Source: Malacoraja senta (Eukaryota). Taken from it: DNA of 64,000 nucleotides. This document shows, piece after piece, positions 63,581-64,000 of this stretch. Position 1 is the first letter of the stretch, and every line of letters starts with the position of its first letter. The notes beneath the pieces were generated by a model. It was not told the origin of the DNA. It saw only the letters and a program-made list of their open reading frames with translations, and ran no database searches. A program made the translations under genes and the position numbers. The DNA lies in the NCBI GenBank assembly GCA_038087875.1, contig CM075979.1, positions 61,070,001 to 61,134,000 on the forward strand, in the 5' to 3' direction.

Positions 63581-64000
63581 GCATTAATTCTGTGGCTTTT
63601 AATCCAAGGCTATTTTTCAAGTAAGAGGTTATTGGCCAGATTTACTTTCTCTATTGAGGCCAAGGGACGAGGACACAGAGATCGTACAGACCGATAATGG
63701 ATCCGCTAAGGAACTAAGTCACATCGCCAATAAAGAACTATGCCGAATTCTGAACAAAACACAATGTGTTGGAGGAACTCAATGGTCAGGCAGCATCTGT
63801 GGAGAGAATGGACAGGCAACATTTCAGTTCGGGACATTTCTTCAGATGGTCATCATTCCATTCCCTGCACAGATGCAGCCTGGCTCGCTGAGATCCTCTA
63901 GCACTTTGTGTCTTGCTCACGATTCCAGCATCTGCAGTTCCTTGTGTCTTCCAAGCAGAATTCTGGCCTGTTTAATTTTTCCTAATAGTTGCGACCAGTT

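Noticed and set aside
61002-64000. Further upstream TPH2 exons
   Set aside because: No match to the expected GF..RPVAGYLSPRDFL...YTPEP exon was found; it presumably lies beyond the window.

Overview
Eukaryotic, repeat-rich vertebrate DNA. It is most likely a cartilaginous fish (skate/ray-like), judged from HE1-like V-SINEs and CR1/HER1-type LINEs. Two host genes lie in tandem on the minus strand, in the same order as the human TPH2-TRHDE locus: the last four coding exons of tryptophan hydroxylase 2 (61001-60875, 56553-56458, 56372-56239, 47716-47542) and, about 29 kb downstream, the CpG-rich promoter and first coding exon of TRH-degrading ectoenzyme TRHDE (18449-17734). Most of the rest is transposon-derived: a long CR1 LINE (esterase ORF1 + APE/RT ORF2), a nearly intact Penelope RT/GIY-YIG copy, an IR/DR Tc1 element, a CGGBP1-like hAT transposase remnant, an L2/Crack-like RT fragment, a Tx1 3' end, three CpG-rich MITEs and about 20 SINEs. 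Main observations: (1) about 25-30 short Penelope-derived units carry a minimal hammerhead-ribozyme core (CUGAAGA-A-stemII-GAAACGUH); many are fold-back structures and several have 11-15 bp target-site duplications, so they look like a non-autonomous ribozyme-bearing retroelement family; (2) two consecutive TPH2 introns need non-canonical GC donors; (3) this TPH2 has unusual substitutions in the conserved GLASLGA motif. All calls were made by eye; repeat boundaries are approximate.
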